From an uncultured Actinomycetes bacterium (GTDB lineage: Bacteria > Actinomycetota > Acidimicrobiia > IMCC26256 > JANYLB01), in NCBI GenBank assembly GCA_963837715.1, contig CAWIOF010000003.1, positions 181,366 to 245,365 of the forward strand: a stretch of 64,000 nt of DNA, written 5' to 3'. Below the pieces are notes generated by a model. It worked only from the letters and a program-made list of their open reading frames with translations, was not told where the DNA came from and ran no database searches. The translations under genes were made by a program, and so were the position numbers. This document shows positions 56,530 through 64,000 of the stretch, piece by piece. Every line of letters starts with the position of its first letter. Within the stretch, counting starts at the first letter, position 1.

Positions 56530-58245
56530 CAGCGCCCAGCCCGCCACCCGGATCCCCTGAGGGGTGACGGTGACCGCGTCGAGAGTACCGATCGGCGTGC
56601 TCGCCACGGTGCGGCACCCGAGTTGCGGGTTCACTCCGCCGTTGGGGTTGATCGCATACGCGCAGAGGCTCCCCGCGGCACCCGGAATCGTCACGTCGAA
56701 CCCGTGATTGGCCCCGTTCTGCGGGAACGCGGCACCGATGTCGGCCCGGGCCACATTCGCGGCGATCCTCACCTGTCCGATCCCGTCGAGGTACAGGTCG
56801 ACGTTGACGGGCTGGGTCGTGCCCGGCGAGATCGCCCAGCCCGTGACGCGCAGGCCCTGGGGCGTGACGGTGACAGCATCGAGCACCCCGCTCGGCGTGT
56901 TCGCGACGGTCCGGCAGCCGAGCTGCGGGTTCACCCCACCCGCAGGCGCGATCGCGTAGGCGCAAAGGGTGCCGCCGGACCCCGGGATCGTGACGTCGTA
57001 GCCGTGGTTCGATCCGAAGCCCGGGTAGATCGAGGGCACGTCGGGCCGCGAGCCGTTCGCGAGGACGCGGCGTTGCGGCACCCCGTTGCGGTAGAGGTCG
57101 ACGTTGATGGGCTGCGCAGTGTCGGGTGAGAACGCCCAGCCACCGACGCGCAGACCCTGCGGAGTGACCGTGACCGCGTCGAGGGACCCGATCGGGGTGC
57201 TCAACACGACGCGACACCCGAGCTGGGTGTTGGCCGTGCCGACGCCCGTGTTGATCGCGTACGCGCACACCGTGTGCGCCCCCGGCCCCGCGGCGACCGT
57301 CGTTTGGAAGCCGTGCTGGTCGCCCCACCCCGGATACGCCCCCCCCACGTCGGTCCGGGTGGTGTCGGCGGTGGTGATCCCCGCGCCGACCCCGTCGACG
57401 TACACGTGCACGGTGAGTGGGCCGGTCGAATCCGGGTCGATCGCCCATCCCGCCACGTCGATCGTGCCGAACTGCCGGTGCGCGCCGAGGTCGACGCTCC
57501 CGAAGGGGTTGCCGGCCGCGGGGTTGGCCGATCCTCCGCCGAGCGCGGCGAGGTTCGCGTCGGCACAGCAGTAGTTGTCGAGGTCGACATTGGTCGTGAT
57601 GCCGGGCACGGTGCCGGTGCTCGACCACTGCCAGAAGGTCCACGCACCCCATGGCGGCGCGACCCGCACGATGAACGGGTTCGTGGTGTACCAGGGCAGC
57701 CAGAGGCGGTAGCCGGCGAGGGCGCTGGTGGAGCCGAGGTGGTCCTGCCAGAAGTAGTACCCCGTGTAGACGATCGGGGTCCGCCCGGTCAGTCGCTGTA
57801 CCTCGACGAGCCAGGTCTGAGCCCAGGCCACGACGTCACCGGGCGCGAGCCCGTTCGCAGTCTCGAGGTCGAGCACCGGTGGGAGATCGCCGGCGCCCTG
57901 CATCGTGCCGGTGGTCGACACGAAGTAGCGGGCCTGGGCCACCGCGGTCGAGAGCGGAAGCGCGGGTCGGGCGTAGTGATACGCCCCCCGGTACATGCCG
58001 GCCGCGGCCGCGCCGTCCCAGTCGCCGCGGAAGTAGGGGTTCGTGTAGTCGGGGCCGCCGGTCGCCTTGATGAAGGCAAAGGTCCTGCCGCTCGCGCGGA
58101 CCTGGTTCCAGTCGATGGCCGCCCCGAACGGATGCTGCCAGTTCGACACGTCGACCCCGGTCGCGCCACCCGCGGGAAGGGCCAACGCGGCGAGGAGGAG
58201 CAAGGCCAGGGCGCCGGCCAGAAGCGCCGAACCGGTGCGCCGCAC
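56302..58245 (-). CDS. Secreted GH25 muramidase (lysozyme) with 4 C-terminal novel repeats
   Basis: Signal peptide RRTGSALLAGALALLLLAALALPAGGA. GVDVSNWQ..IDWNQV..FAFIKATGG..YTNPYF..LDLE match GH25 landmarks. Four repeats follow. The start is GTG 58245 (ATG 58305 would overlap rmlB). Confidence 0.85.
   Translation of the reverse strand: MRRTGSALLAGALALLLLAALALPAGGATGVDVSNWQHPFGAAIDWNQVRASGRTFAFIKATGGPDYTNPYFRGDWDGAAAAGMYRGAYHYARPALPLSTAVAQARYFVSTTGTMQGAGDLPPVLDLETANGLAPGDVVAWAQTWLVEVQRLTGRTPIVYTGYYFWQDHLGSTSALAGYRLWLPWYTTNPFIVRVAPPWGAWTFWQWSSTGTVPGITTNVDLDNYCCADANLAALGGGSANPAAGNPFGSVDLGAHRQFGTIDVAGWAIDPDSTGPLTVHVYVDGVGAGITTADTTRTDVGGAYPGWGDQHGFQTTVAAGPGAHTVCAYAINTGVGTANTQLGCRVVLSTPIGSLDAVTVTPQGLRVGGWAFSPDTAQPINVDLYRNGVPQRRVLANGSRPDVPSIYPGFGSNHGYDVTIPGSGGTLCAYAIAPAGGVNPQLGCRTVANTPSGVLDAVTVTPQGLRVTGWAISPGTTQPVNVDLYLDGIGQVRIAANVARADIGAAFPQNGANHGFDVTIPGAAGSLCAYAINPNGGVNPQLGCRTVASTPIGTLDAVTVTPQGIRVAGWALSPATTQPIFVDVYRNGVGRAHVVAGSARADIGAAFPAFGPNHGFDVTIPDPNGTVCAYAINPYGATHRQIGCATR
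56305..57507 (-). repeat. Four tandem copies of the wall-hydrolase repeat of about 100 aa (one type I, three type II)
   Basis: Copies at about 57507-57196 (type I, VHVYVDG), then 57195-56896, 56895-56596 and 56595-56305 (type II, LDAVTVTPQG.RV.GWA.SP.T.QP..VD.Y). Confidence 0.85.
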
Positions 58246-58250
58246 GGGCG

Positions 58251-59213
58251 TCAGGAGGATCGGCCTCGGAGGGGTTCCCACCAGGCGCGGTTGTCGCGGT
58301 ACCACGCCACGGTCGCTTCCAGCGCGTCGGGGAAGTCGCGCTGCGGCTTCCAGCCGAGGCCGTGCATCTTCGACGTGTCGATGGAGTAGCGGCGATCGTG
58401 ACCGAGTCGGTCCTCGACGTATTCGATCATCGACTCGTCGTGACCGAGGATCGAGAGGATCGAGTCGGTGAGGAACCGGTTCGGCACCTCGTTCCCGCCG
58501 CCGATGTTGTAGATCTCGCCGACGGTCCCGTTGCGCAGGACGAGGTCGACCCCGGTGCAGTTGTCACCCACGAAGCACCAGTCGCGGATGTTCATCCCGT
58601 CGCCGTAGAGCGGCACCTTCTTGCCGTCGAGCAGGTTGGTGACGAACAGCGGGATGACCTTCTCGGGGAACTGGTAGGGCCCGAAGTTGTTCGAGGAGCG
58701 GGTCACGACGACCGGCAGGCCGTAGGTGCTGAAGTACGACAACGCGATCAGGTCGGAGCCGGCCTTCGAGGCCGAGTACGGGGATCTCGGCTCGAGCGGA
58801 TCGGACTCGGTCGAAGATCCTTCTTCGACCGAGCCGTAGACCTCGTCGGTCGAGATGTGGAGGAAGCGGTCGACGCCCACGTGTCGGGCGACGTCGCACA
58901 TCACGTTCGTCCCGTCGCAGTTGGTGCGCACGAACTCGTCGGGGTTGAGGATCGAGCGATCGACGTGGCTCTCCGCCGCGAAGTGCACGACCGCGTCGTG
59001 GCCGTCCATCGCGGCCGTCACGGCGTCGCGATCGGTGATGTCGCCCTTGACGAACCGGTAGCGCGGATCATCTTCGACCGAACGCAGGTTCTCGATGTTC
59101 CCCGCGTACGTGAGCGCGTCGAAGACCGTCACCTCGTCGTCGGACGTGGCCAGCACGTGGTGGACGTAGTTGGAGCCGATGAAACCGGCGCCGCCGGTCA
59201 CGAAGAGGCGCAT
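58251..59213 (-). CDS. rmlB: dTDP-glucose 4,6-dehydratase
   Basis: MRLFVTGGAGFIGSNYV, HFAAESHVDRS, SPYSASKAGSD (YxxxK), LYGDGMNIRDW. Confidence 0.92.
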   Translation of the reverse strand: MRLFVTGGAGFIGSNYVHHVLATSDDEVTVFDALTYAGNIENLRSVEDDPRYRFVKGDITDRDAVTAAMDGHDAVVHFAAESHVDRSILNPDEFVRTNCDGTNVMCDVARHVGVDRFLHISTDEVYGSVEEGSSTESDPLEPRSPYSASKAGSDLIALSYFSTYGLPVVVTRSSNNFGPYQFPEKVIPLFVTNLLDGKKVPLYGDGMNIRDWCFVGDNCTGVDLVLRNGTVGEIYNIGGGNEVPNRFLTDSILSILGHDESMIEYVEDRLGHDRRYSIDTSKMHGLGWKPQRDFPDALEATVAWYRDNRAWWEPLRGRSS

Positions 59214-59223
59214 GTCGGATTCC

Positions 59224-59790
59224 TCAGGGTCGGAGGCCCCAGTAGGGGCGGAAGTTGGGGTCGATGTCGGCGCGACGGGGGTTCTTCCGGTCGCGGTCGG
59301 AGAGGATCGGTTCGGCGACTCCCCAGTCGCCCGCGATCGCGGGGTCGTCCCACGCGACACCGAGCTCGTCGGCCGGGTTGTAGTACCCGTCGACGAGGTA
59401 GGTGATGGTCATGTCGGTGAGCGCGGCGAAGCCGTGGGCGACGCCCGGCGGGATGAAGATGCCGCGGTGGTCGTGGGTGCCGTCGTCGCGCGCGCCGAGG
59501 TCGACGGCGAGCGTGTTGCCGTCGGTGGGAGAGCCGGCCCGCAGGTCGTGGAGCATCACCCGGCACCGGCCGTAGGGCACGTACCAGTAGTCGGCTTGGT
59601 GGAGGTGGTAGTGCAGTCCGACGATCGAGCCGGCCTGGCGATCGCCCCGGTTGCCCTGGATCATCTCGCGACCCTGCGGGAACCACTCGCGCCGGTACGT
59701 CTCGATGAAGAACCCACGTGCGTCGCCGTGCATCGCGGGCTCCACGATGTACAGCCCGGTGATCCGGTCGGATTCGGTGATCGTGGCCAT
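59224..59790 (-). CDS. rmlC: dTDP-4-dehydrorhamnose 3,5-epimerase
   Basis: HGDARGFFIETY, LHYHLHQADYWYV, GVAHGF. 188 aa. Confidence 0.9.
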   Translation of the reverse strand: MATITESDRITGLYIVEPAMHGDARGFFIETYRREWFPQGREMIQGNRGDRQAGSIVGLHYHLHQADYWYVPYGRCRVMLHDLRAGSPTDGNTLAVDLGARDDGTHDHRGIFIPPGVAHGFAALTDMTITYLVDGYYNPADELGVAWDDPAIAGDWGVAEPILSDRDRKNPRRADIDPNFRPYWGLRP

Positions 59791-60876
59791 CAGTCGAGCT
59801 CAACCTTCGAGTGATCGCCGAGCATGAGGCGCACGGCGCGGGGACGGACGTCGGAGCGGGCGACCTCGACGTGGTGCCCGATGAGCGAGTCGGTGAGCCG
59901 GTCGATCCCGGAGATCCGGCTCCCGGTGAGCAGGACCGAGTGGTCGAGCTCGGAGTCGAGGACCTCGCAGTCGGCCGCGACCGACGTGAACGGTCCGATG
60001 TAGCTGTTCACGACCCGGGTGCGCTCGCCGATGATCGCAGGGCCACGCACGCGGGAGTTGACGATCTCCGCGCCGGGCTCGATCACGACGCGTCCCTCGA
60101 TGCTCGACGACTCGTCGATCTTGCCGTCGTTGTGCGATTCGATCGTCTCGAGCACCAGTCGGTTGCACTCGAGGAGCGGGTCCTTCTTCCCGGTGTCGAT
60201 CCACCATCCCGCGAGCACCTCGTGCCGGACGCGACGCCCGTTGGCGATCAGCCACTGGATCGCGTCCGTGATCTCGAGCTCGCCACGTTCGGAGGGCTCG
60301 ATCGCGGCGACGGCCTCGTGGATGGTCGGGTCGAAGAGGTAGATGCCGACGAGTGCGAGGTCGGACGGGGGATGCTCCGGCTTCTCGACGAGCTCGAGGA
60401 CCTCCCCCGCGTCGTTGACCGCGGCCACGCCGAACTGGCGCGGGTCGTCGACGTGGGCGAGGAGGATCTGGGCGGCAGGCGCGCTCGGGGCCGCCGGCGC
60501 TCCGGGCGCCCTCGAACCCGGCGACGAACTCGGTGAGCCCTTGCTGCAGCATGTTGTCGCCGAGGTACATGACGAAGTCGTCGTCGCCCAGGAAGTCGCG
60601 GGCGATGAGCACGCAGTGGGCCAGGCCGAGCGGGGCGTCCTGGGGGATGTAGGTGATCGTGGCCCCGAAGTGGGAGCCGTCGCCGACGGCGGCCCGGATC
60701 TCGTCACCGGTCTCTCCGATCACGATGCCGATCTCGGTGATCCCGGCCATGACCATGTCTTCGATGCCGTAGAACAGGATCGGCTTGTTGGCGATCGGGA
60801 CCAGCTGCTTGGCGCTGGTGTGGGTGATGGGTCGCAGGCGGGTACCCGCGCCGCCGGAGAGAATGAGTCCCTTCAT
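59790..60876 (-). pseudogene. rmlA: Glucose-1-phosphate thymidylyltransferase, long form with an LbH C-terminal domain, apparent 1-nt frameshift near 60474-60490
   Basis: The N-terminal part [61 protein letters not shown] is in one frame. [36 protein letters not shown].. plus the hexapeptide-repeat tail is in another. The junction context is GAGCGCGCC. 1087 nt equals 362 codons plus 1 nt. Confidence 0.85.
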
Positions 60877-60992
60877 CGGCGTCAGGCTAGGCGATACCGC
60901 CCGGGCCCTCCCGGGGCGGTCGGGGGCGTGCGCCGGGAGCCGGAGGCAGAGGCGCGGTCCGGGCCGGCTCGTGGGGGCGGTACCTTTTCTCC

Positions 60993-62426
60993 ATGCCGAG
61001 GGGATTTCGCCGATTCTTGATACCACTTTCCGTGGTATTCATCGCACCATTCGTGGCCGTGCCGGTGGCGGCTGCCGCCGACGGATCCTCCGACGGCTGG
61101 GACCCGCGGATCGCGCCGATCGCGAAGACGGTCGAGAAGATCCGGGGCCTCGAGTTCGACCATCCGGTTCCCGTCCGGTTCCTCTCCGACAAGGCCTTCC
61201 GCAAGAAGGTCACGCGCGACGAAGCCGACCTGACCAAGCAGGACAAGCGGGAGATCCGGCGGGCGACGGAGTCGCTCCGGGCGCTCGGCCTGATCTCCGG
61301 CGACGTCGACCTGTTCGACGCGGTCAACAGCAAGCAGGGGTCCGACGTCCTCGCGTTCTACGACCCCGACGAGAAGGAAGTGGTCGTCCGGGGCAAGGGC
61401 CCGATCGACGTGGAGACGAAGGGCACCCTCGCCCACGAGCTCACCCACGTGCTCCAGGACCAGGCGTTCGACCTCAACGAGACCGAGGACGGGTTCGACG
61501 AGACGACCACCGCCTCCGACGCGTTCGACGCGCTCGTCGAAGGCGATGCGACCTGGGTGGAGAACGAGTACGTCGGCCGGCTCTCCGAGAGCGACCAGGC
61601 CGCCTACTACGCAGCCCAGGATGCGGCCGGAGCCGAGGTCGACGAAGACGCCGCGCCCGTGCCGGCGGTGGTCGATGTGTTGTTCGGGGCGCCGTACATC
61701 CTGGGCCCCGATCTCGTCGACATCCTCCGCGTCGACGACGGAGTGCGCGCGCTCGACCGCGCCTTCCGCAATCCCCCGAACGCCGACGTCCAGGTGCTCG
61801 ACCCGGTGAAGCTGCTGTTGGAGGCGACGACCAAGGACGTCGCGGCGCCGAAGCCGGGCAAGGGCGAGAAGCAGGTGGGCGAAGCCGACGAGTTCGGCGC
61901 CCTGGGTCTCTACCTGGTCCTGGCTAGTCGGCTGCCCGCGGCGCAGGCGTACGCAGCCGCGAGCCAGTGGGCCGGCGACCGCGAGATCACCGTGCGCGAC
62001 GGCGACACGACCTGCATCCGGGCCGCGTTCCGGAGCCGGACCGCGGCCGGCACGCAGGCGCTCACGGCCGGCCTCGAGGCCTGGGCCGCGACGGTGCCGG
62101 GTGCGACGGCCACCGTGACGCCCAAGGCGAAGACGGTCGAGCTCCGCTCGTGTGATCCCGGCATCGACAGCGCGGCACCCGACGACGTGCGGTTCGACGA
62201 AGCCCTCACCGTGCTCGTCGAACGCAACGGAGCCCTCGTCGAGGCGCTGCGTGGGGACGCGCCGACCGACGTTGCTGCGTGCTTCGCCGACGGGATCGTG
62301 GCCGAACCCTCGTTCACCGAACTGGTCGGCCAGGAGGTGCGGGGCGAGGAGATCGACCCCGCAACCGAAGCCGCCTTGACCGCCGGCGCGCAAGCCGTTG
62401 CGCAGAGCTGCCGAGCCGCCAGTTAG
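60993..62426 (+). CDS. Secreted hypothetical zinc metalloprotease-like protein (HExxH)
   Basis: Signal peptide [22 protein letters not shown] and a single [11 protein letters not shown] motif. 477 aa, no family recognised. Confidence 0.55.
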   Translation: MPRGFRRFLIPLSVVFIAPFVAVPVAAAADGSSDGWDPRIAPIAKTVEKIRGLEFDHPVPVRFLSDKAFRKKVTRDEADLTKQDKREIRRATESLRALGLISGDVDLFDAVNSKQGSDVLAFYDPDEKEVVVRGKGPIDVETKGTLAHELTHVLQDQAFDLNETEDGFDETTTASDAFDALVEGDATWVENEYVGRLSESDQAAYYAAQDAAGAEVDEDAAPVPAVVDVLFGAPYILGPDLVDILRVDDGVRALDRAFRNPPNADVQVLDPVKLLLEATTKDVAAPKPGKGEKQVGEADEFGALGLYLVLASRLPAAQAYAAASQWAGDREITVRDGDTTCIRAAFRSRTAAGTQALTAGLEAWAATVPGATATVTPKAKTVELRSCDPGIDSAAPDDVRFDEALTVLVERNGALVEALRGDAPTDVAACFADGIVAEPSFTELVGQEVRGEEIDPATEAALTAGAQAVAQSCRAAS

Positions 62427-62524
62427 CGGCTGATCGTCGACGCGGACACGCGTTCGTGGATCTCGACGCCGACGCACAGCAGCAGCTGCAGGACGTCGCG
62501 GGCGACGTCGCCGCGCGCTGCCAG

Positions 62525-62555
62525 GCCGGCTGATCGGAAGCTGAGATCGGCCGGC
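62525..62555. terminator. 11-bp hairpin between convergent genes
   Basis: GCCGGCTGATC-ggaagctga-GATCGGCCGGC (one G-U pair). It lies 100 nt after the protease stop and 175 nt after the metH stop. No U-tract. Confidence 0.35.
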
Positions 62556-62730
62556 TCTCGGTCGTAGCCGCGACACGTCGGTCATCGCGAGGGTCCTCCG
62601 AGGCCGCGCAGAAAGAACTGCCGGAGGCTACCCACAACATCGGTACTGCGAGCCTGCGTACTGACGGTTGGGTCCGCAAGCGGCGGAATCGTGGTCCAGA
62701 GCTGGTTGCTCGCAAGCCGAGCCCGCGAGC

Positions 62731-64000
62731 TCAGGTGATGAAGTACTTGGCCTCGGGGTGCGGGACGACGATCGCGGCAGTGGTTTGCTCGGGATCGAAC
62801 ATGAACTCCTCGGTGAGCGTCACGCCGATGCTCGCCGGGTCGAGCAGGTCGACGAGCTTCGCCTGGTCCTCGAGGTCGGGGCACGCGGGGTAGCCCCACG
62901 AGTAGCGGGACCCGCGGTACTTCTGACGGAACAGACCCTGCACCGACGGGCCGTCTTCGTCGACGTAGCCCCACTCCTCGCGCATGCGGAGGTGCCAGAG
63001 CTCCATGAGCGCCTCGGTGGTCTCGATCGAGAGCCCGTGCGCGAGGAGGTACTCCTGGTACCGGTCTTCGCCGAACAGCTCGCGCTCGTGCACAGTGGCT
63101 TCCTGACCCATCGTGACGACGGTGAAGCCGGCGTAGTCGGTCTCGCCGGAATCGGCAGGCCGGAAGAAATCGGGGATCGAGAGGAAGCGGTCCTTCTGCT
63201 GGCGCGGGAACGAGAACCGCACGCGCTCCTCGGTGCGGTGCTCGTCGGTCCAGACGATGAGCTCGTCACCGTCGGCGTTCACCGGGAAGTAGCCCCACAC
63301 CACCGCGGGCACCAGCCAGTTGCCGGCCTTCGCCTTCGCGAGCTCCTCGGCGAGGGTGTGGCGGAGCCGTTCCTTGAACGCGGTGTCGTCCTCGTTCGTG
63401 GTCTTGTCGGGTCGGAACTGCCACTGGTTGCGGAACAAGGCGGTCTCGTTCAGGTACCCGACGATCTCGTCGAGCGACACGCCCTTCGCGACGCGTGCAC
63501 CGAGGAACGGCGGCGTGAAGATCGGAGCATCGAGCGCGACGTCGGACCGCGCGGGGAGGTCGACGGGCGCAGCCTGTTCGCGCTCCGACTTGCGGGGCGG
63601 GAGATCGCGGCCGCCGGCCTCGCGCCCGAACTCCGGCGCGAGGGTGCCGGCGCGCTTGCCGTCCATCAGGGCGTCCATCGTGTAGAGGCCCTCGAACGCG
63701 TCCTTGCCGTAGAAGAGGCGGCCTTCGTAGACCTCGCGGAGGTCACGCTCCACGTAGTTGCGGGTGAGCGCGGCGCCGCCCAGGATCACCGGCGTCTCGG
63801 CGAGGCCGAGCTCGTTCATCGACTGGAGGTTCTCGCGCATGATGAGCGTGCTCTTCACGAGGAGGCCGCTCATGCCGATCGCGTCGGCGTTGACCTCCTT
63901 CGCCTTGTCGACGAACACCTGGAGCGGCGCTTTGATCCCGATGTTGTGGACCTCGTAGCCGTTGTTGGTGAGGATGATGTCGACGAGGTTCTTGCCGATG
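62731..64000 (-). CDS. metH: Cobalamin-dependent methionine synthase MetH, C-terminal part (5' end lies outside the window)
   Basis: The frame is open to the window edge. IGKNLVDIILTNNGYEVHNIGIK and GMSGLLVKST (B12-binding domain), then the AdoMet activation domain (FRNQWQFR..SYSWGYPACPDL..EAKYFIT). Confidence 0.9.
   Translation of the reverse strand, partial: IGKNLVDIILTNNGYEVHNIGIKAPLQVFVDKAKEVNADAIGMSGLLVKSTLIMRENLQSMNELGLAETPVILGGAALTRNYVERDLREVYEGRLFYGKDAFEGLYTMDALMDGKRAGTLAPEFGREAGGRDLPPRKSEREQAAPVDLPARSDVALDAPIFTPPFLGARVAKGVSLDEIVGYLNETALFRNQWQFRPDKTTNEDDTAFKERLRHTLAEELAKAKAGNWLVPAVVWGYFPVNADGDELIVWTDEHRTEERVRFSFPRQQKDRFLSIPDFFRPADSGETDYAGFTVVTMGQEATVHERELFGEDRYQEYLLAHGLSIETTEALMELWHLRMREEWGYVDEDGPSVQGLFRQKYRGSRYSWGYPACPDLEDQAKLVDLLDPASIGVTLTEEFMFDPEQTTAAIVVPHPEAKYFIT

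Noticed and set aside
41410-58245. Prophage or endolysin origin of the three peptidoglycan hydrolases
   Set aside because: There are no integrase, terminase, capsid, tail or holin genes nearby. All three proteins have signal peptides and sit inside glycan operons.
62560-62730. Cobalamin riboswitch near metH
   Set aside because: The region is downstream of metH, not upstream. No convincing B12 box was found on either strand.
1-64000. tRNA, rRNA, CRISPR arrays, IS elements/transposases and toxin-antitoxin pairs
   Set aside because: I saw no cloverleaf-like GTTCGAATC arms, no regularly spaced direct repeats, and no DDE/integrase-like ORFs while reading the sequence and ORF track. Absence is by eye only, so tRNAscan, minCED and ISEScan should confirm it.

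Overview
High-GC (about 70% by eye) actinobacterial-type chromosomal window, densely coding. I found no rRNA, tRNA, CRISPR array, transposase or integrase. The left third, mostly on the minus strand, holds a co-directional run of egtA-egtB-egtC-egtD (ergothioneine), sufC-sufS-sufU (Fe-S assembly), a PhyH-type dioxygenase, an encapsulated ferritin, a family-1 encapsulin shell gene and an L,D-transpeptidase. A betaine-type ABC transporter sits next to the egt genes. The centre carries housekeeping genes: an acyl-CoA dehydrogenase, lpd and an E2 acyltransferase, an in-frame lipB-lipA fusion, and an M24 peptidase. About 40 kb (19.6-26.8 kb and 34.2-60.9 kb) is cell-envelope glycan machinery. This includes GT4 and GT2 glycosyltransferases, a Wzx-like flippase, and Wzm/Wzt with a WbdD-like methyltransferase/coiled-coil protein. 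It also includes an Arn/PpgS-like lipid-linked sugar module, rmlA/C/B and several SAM methyltransferases. The most unusual signal is an unrecognised repeat of about 100 aa with two cysteines. It is present in 11 copies across three peptidoglycan hydrolases of different bond specificity (amidase, glucosaminidase, GH25 muramidase), each placed at the 3' end of a glycan operon. Other notable points are a four-copy intergenic repeat that starts on stop codons and brackets gene modules, and eight apparent single-nucleotide frameshifts. All eight lie in CG-runs or G6 runs, and seven of them lie in envelope genes. All functions are inferred from motifs read by eye in the supplied translations; no database search was run.
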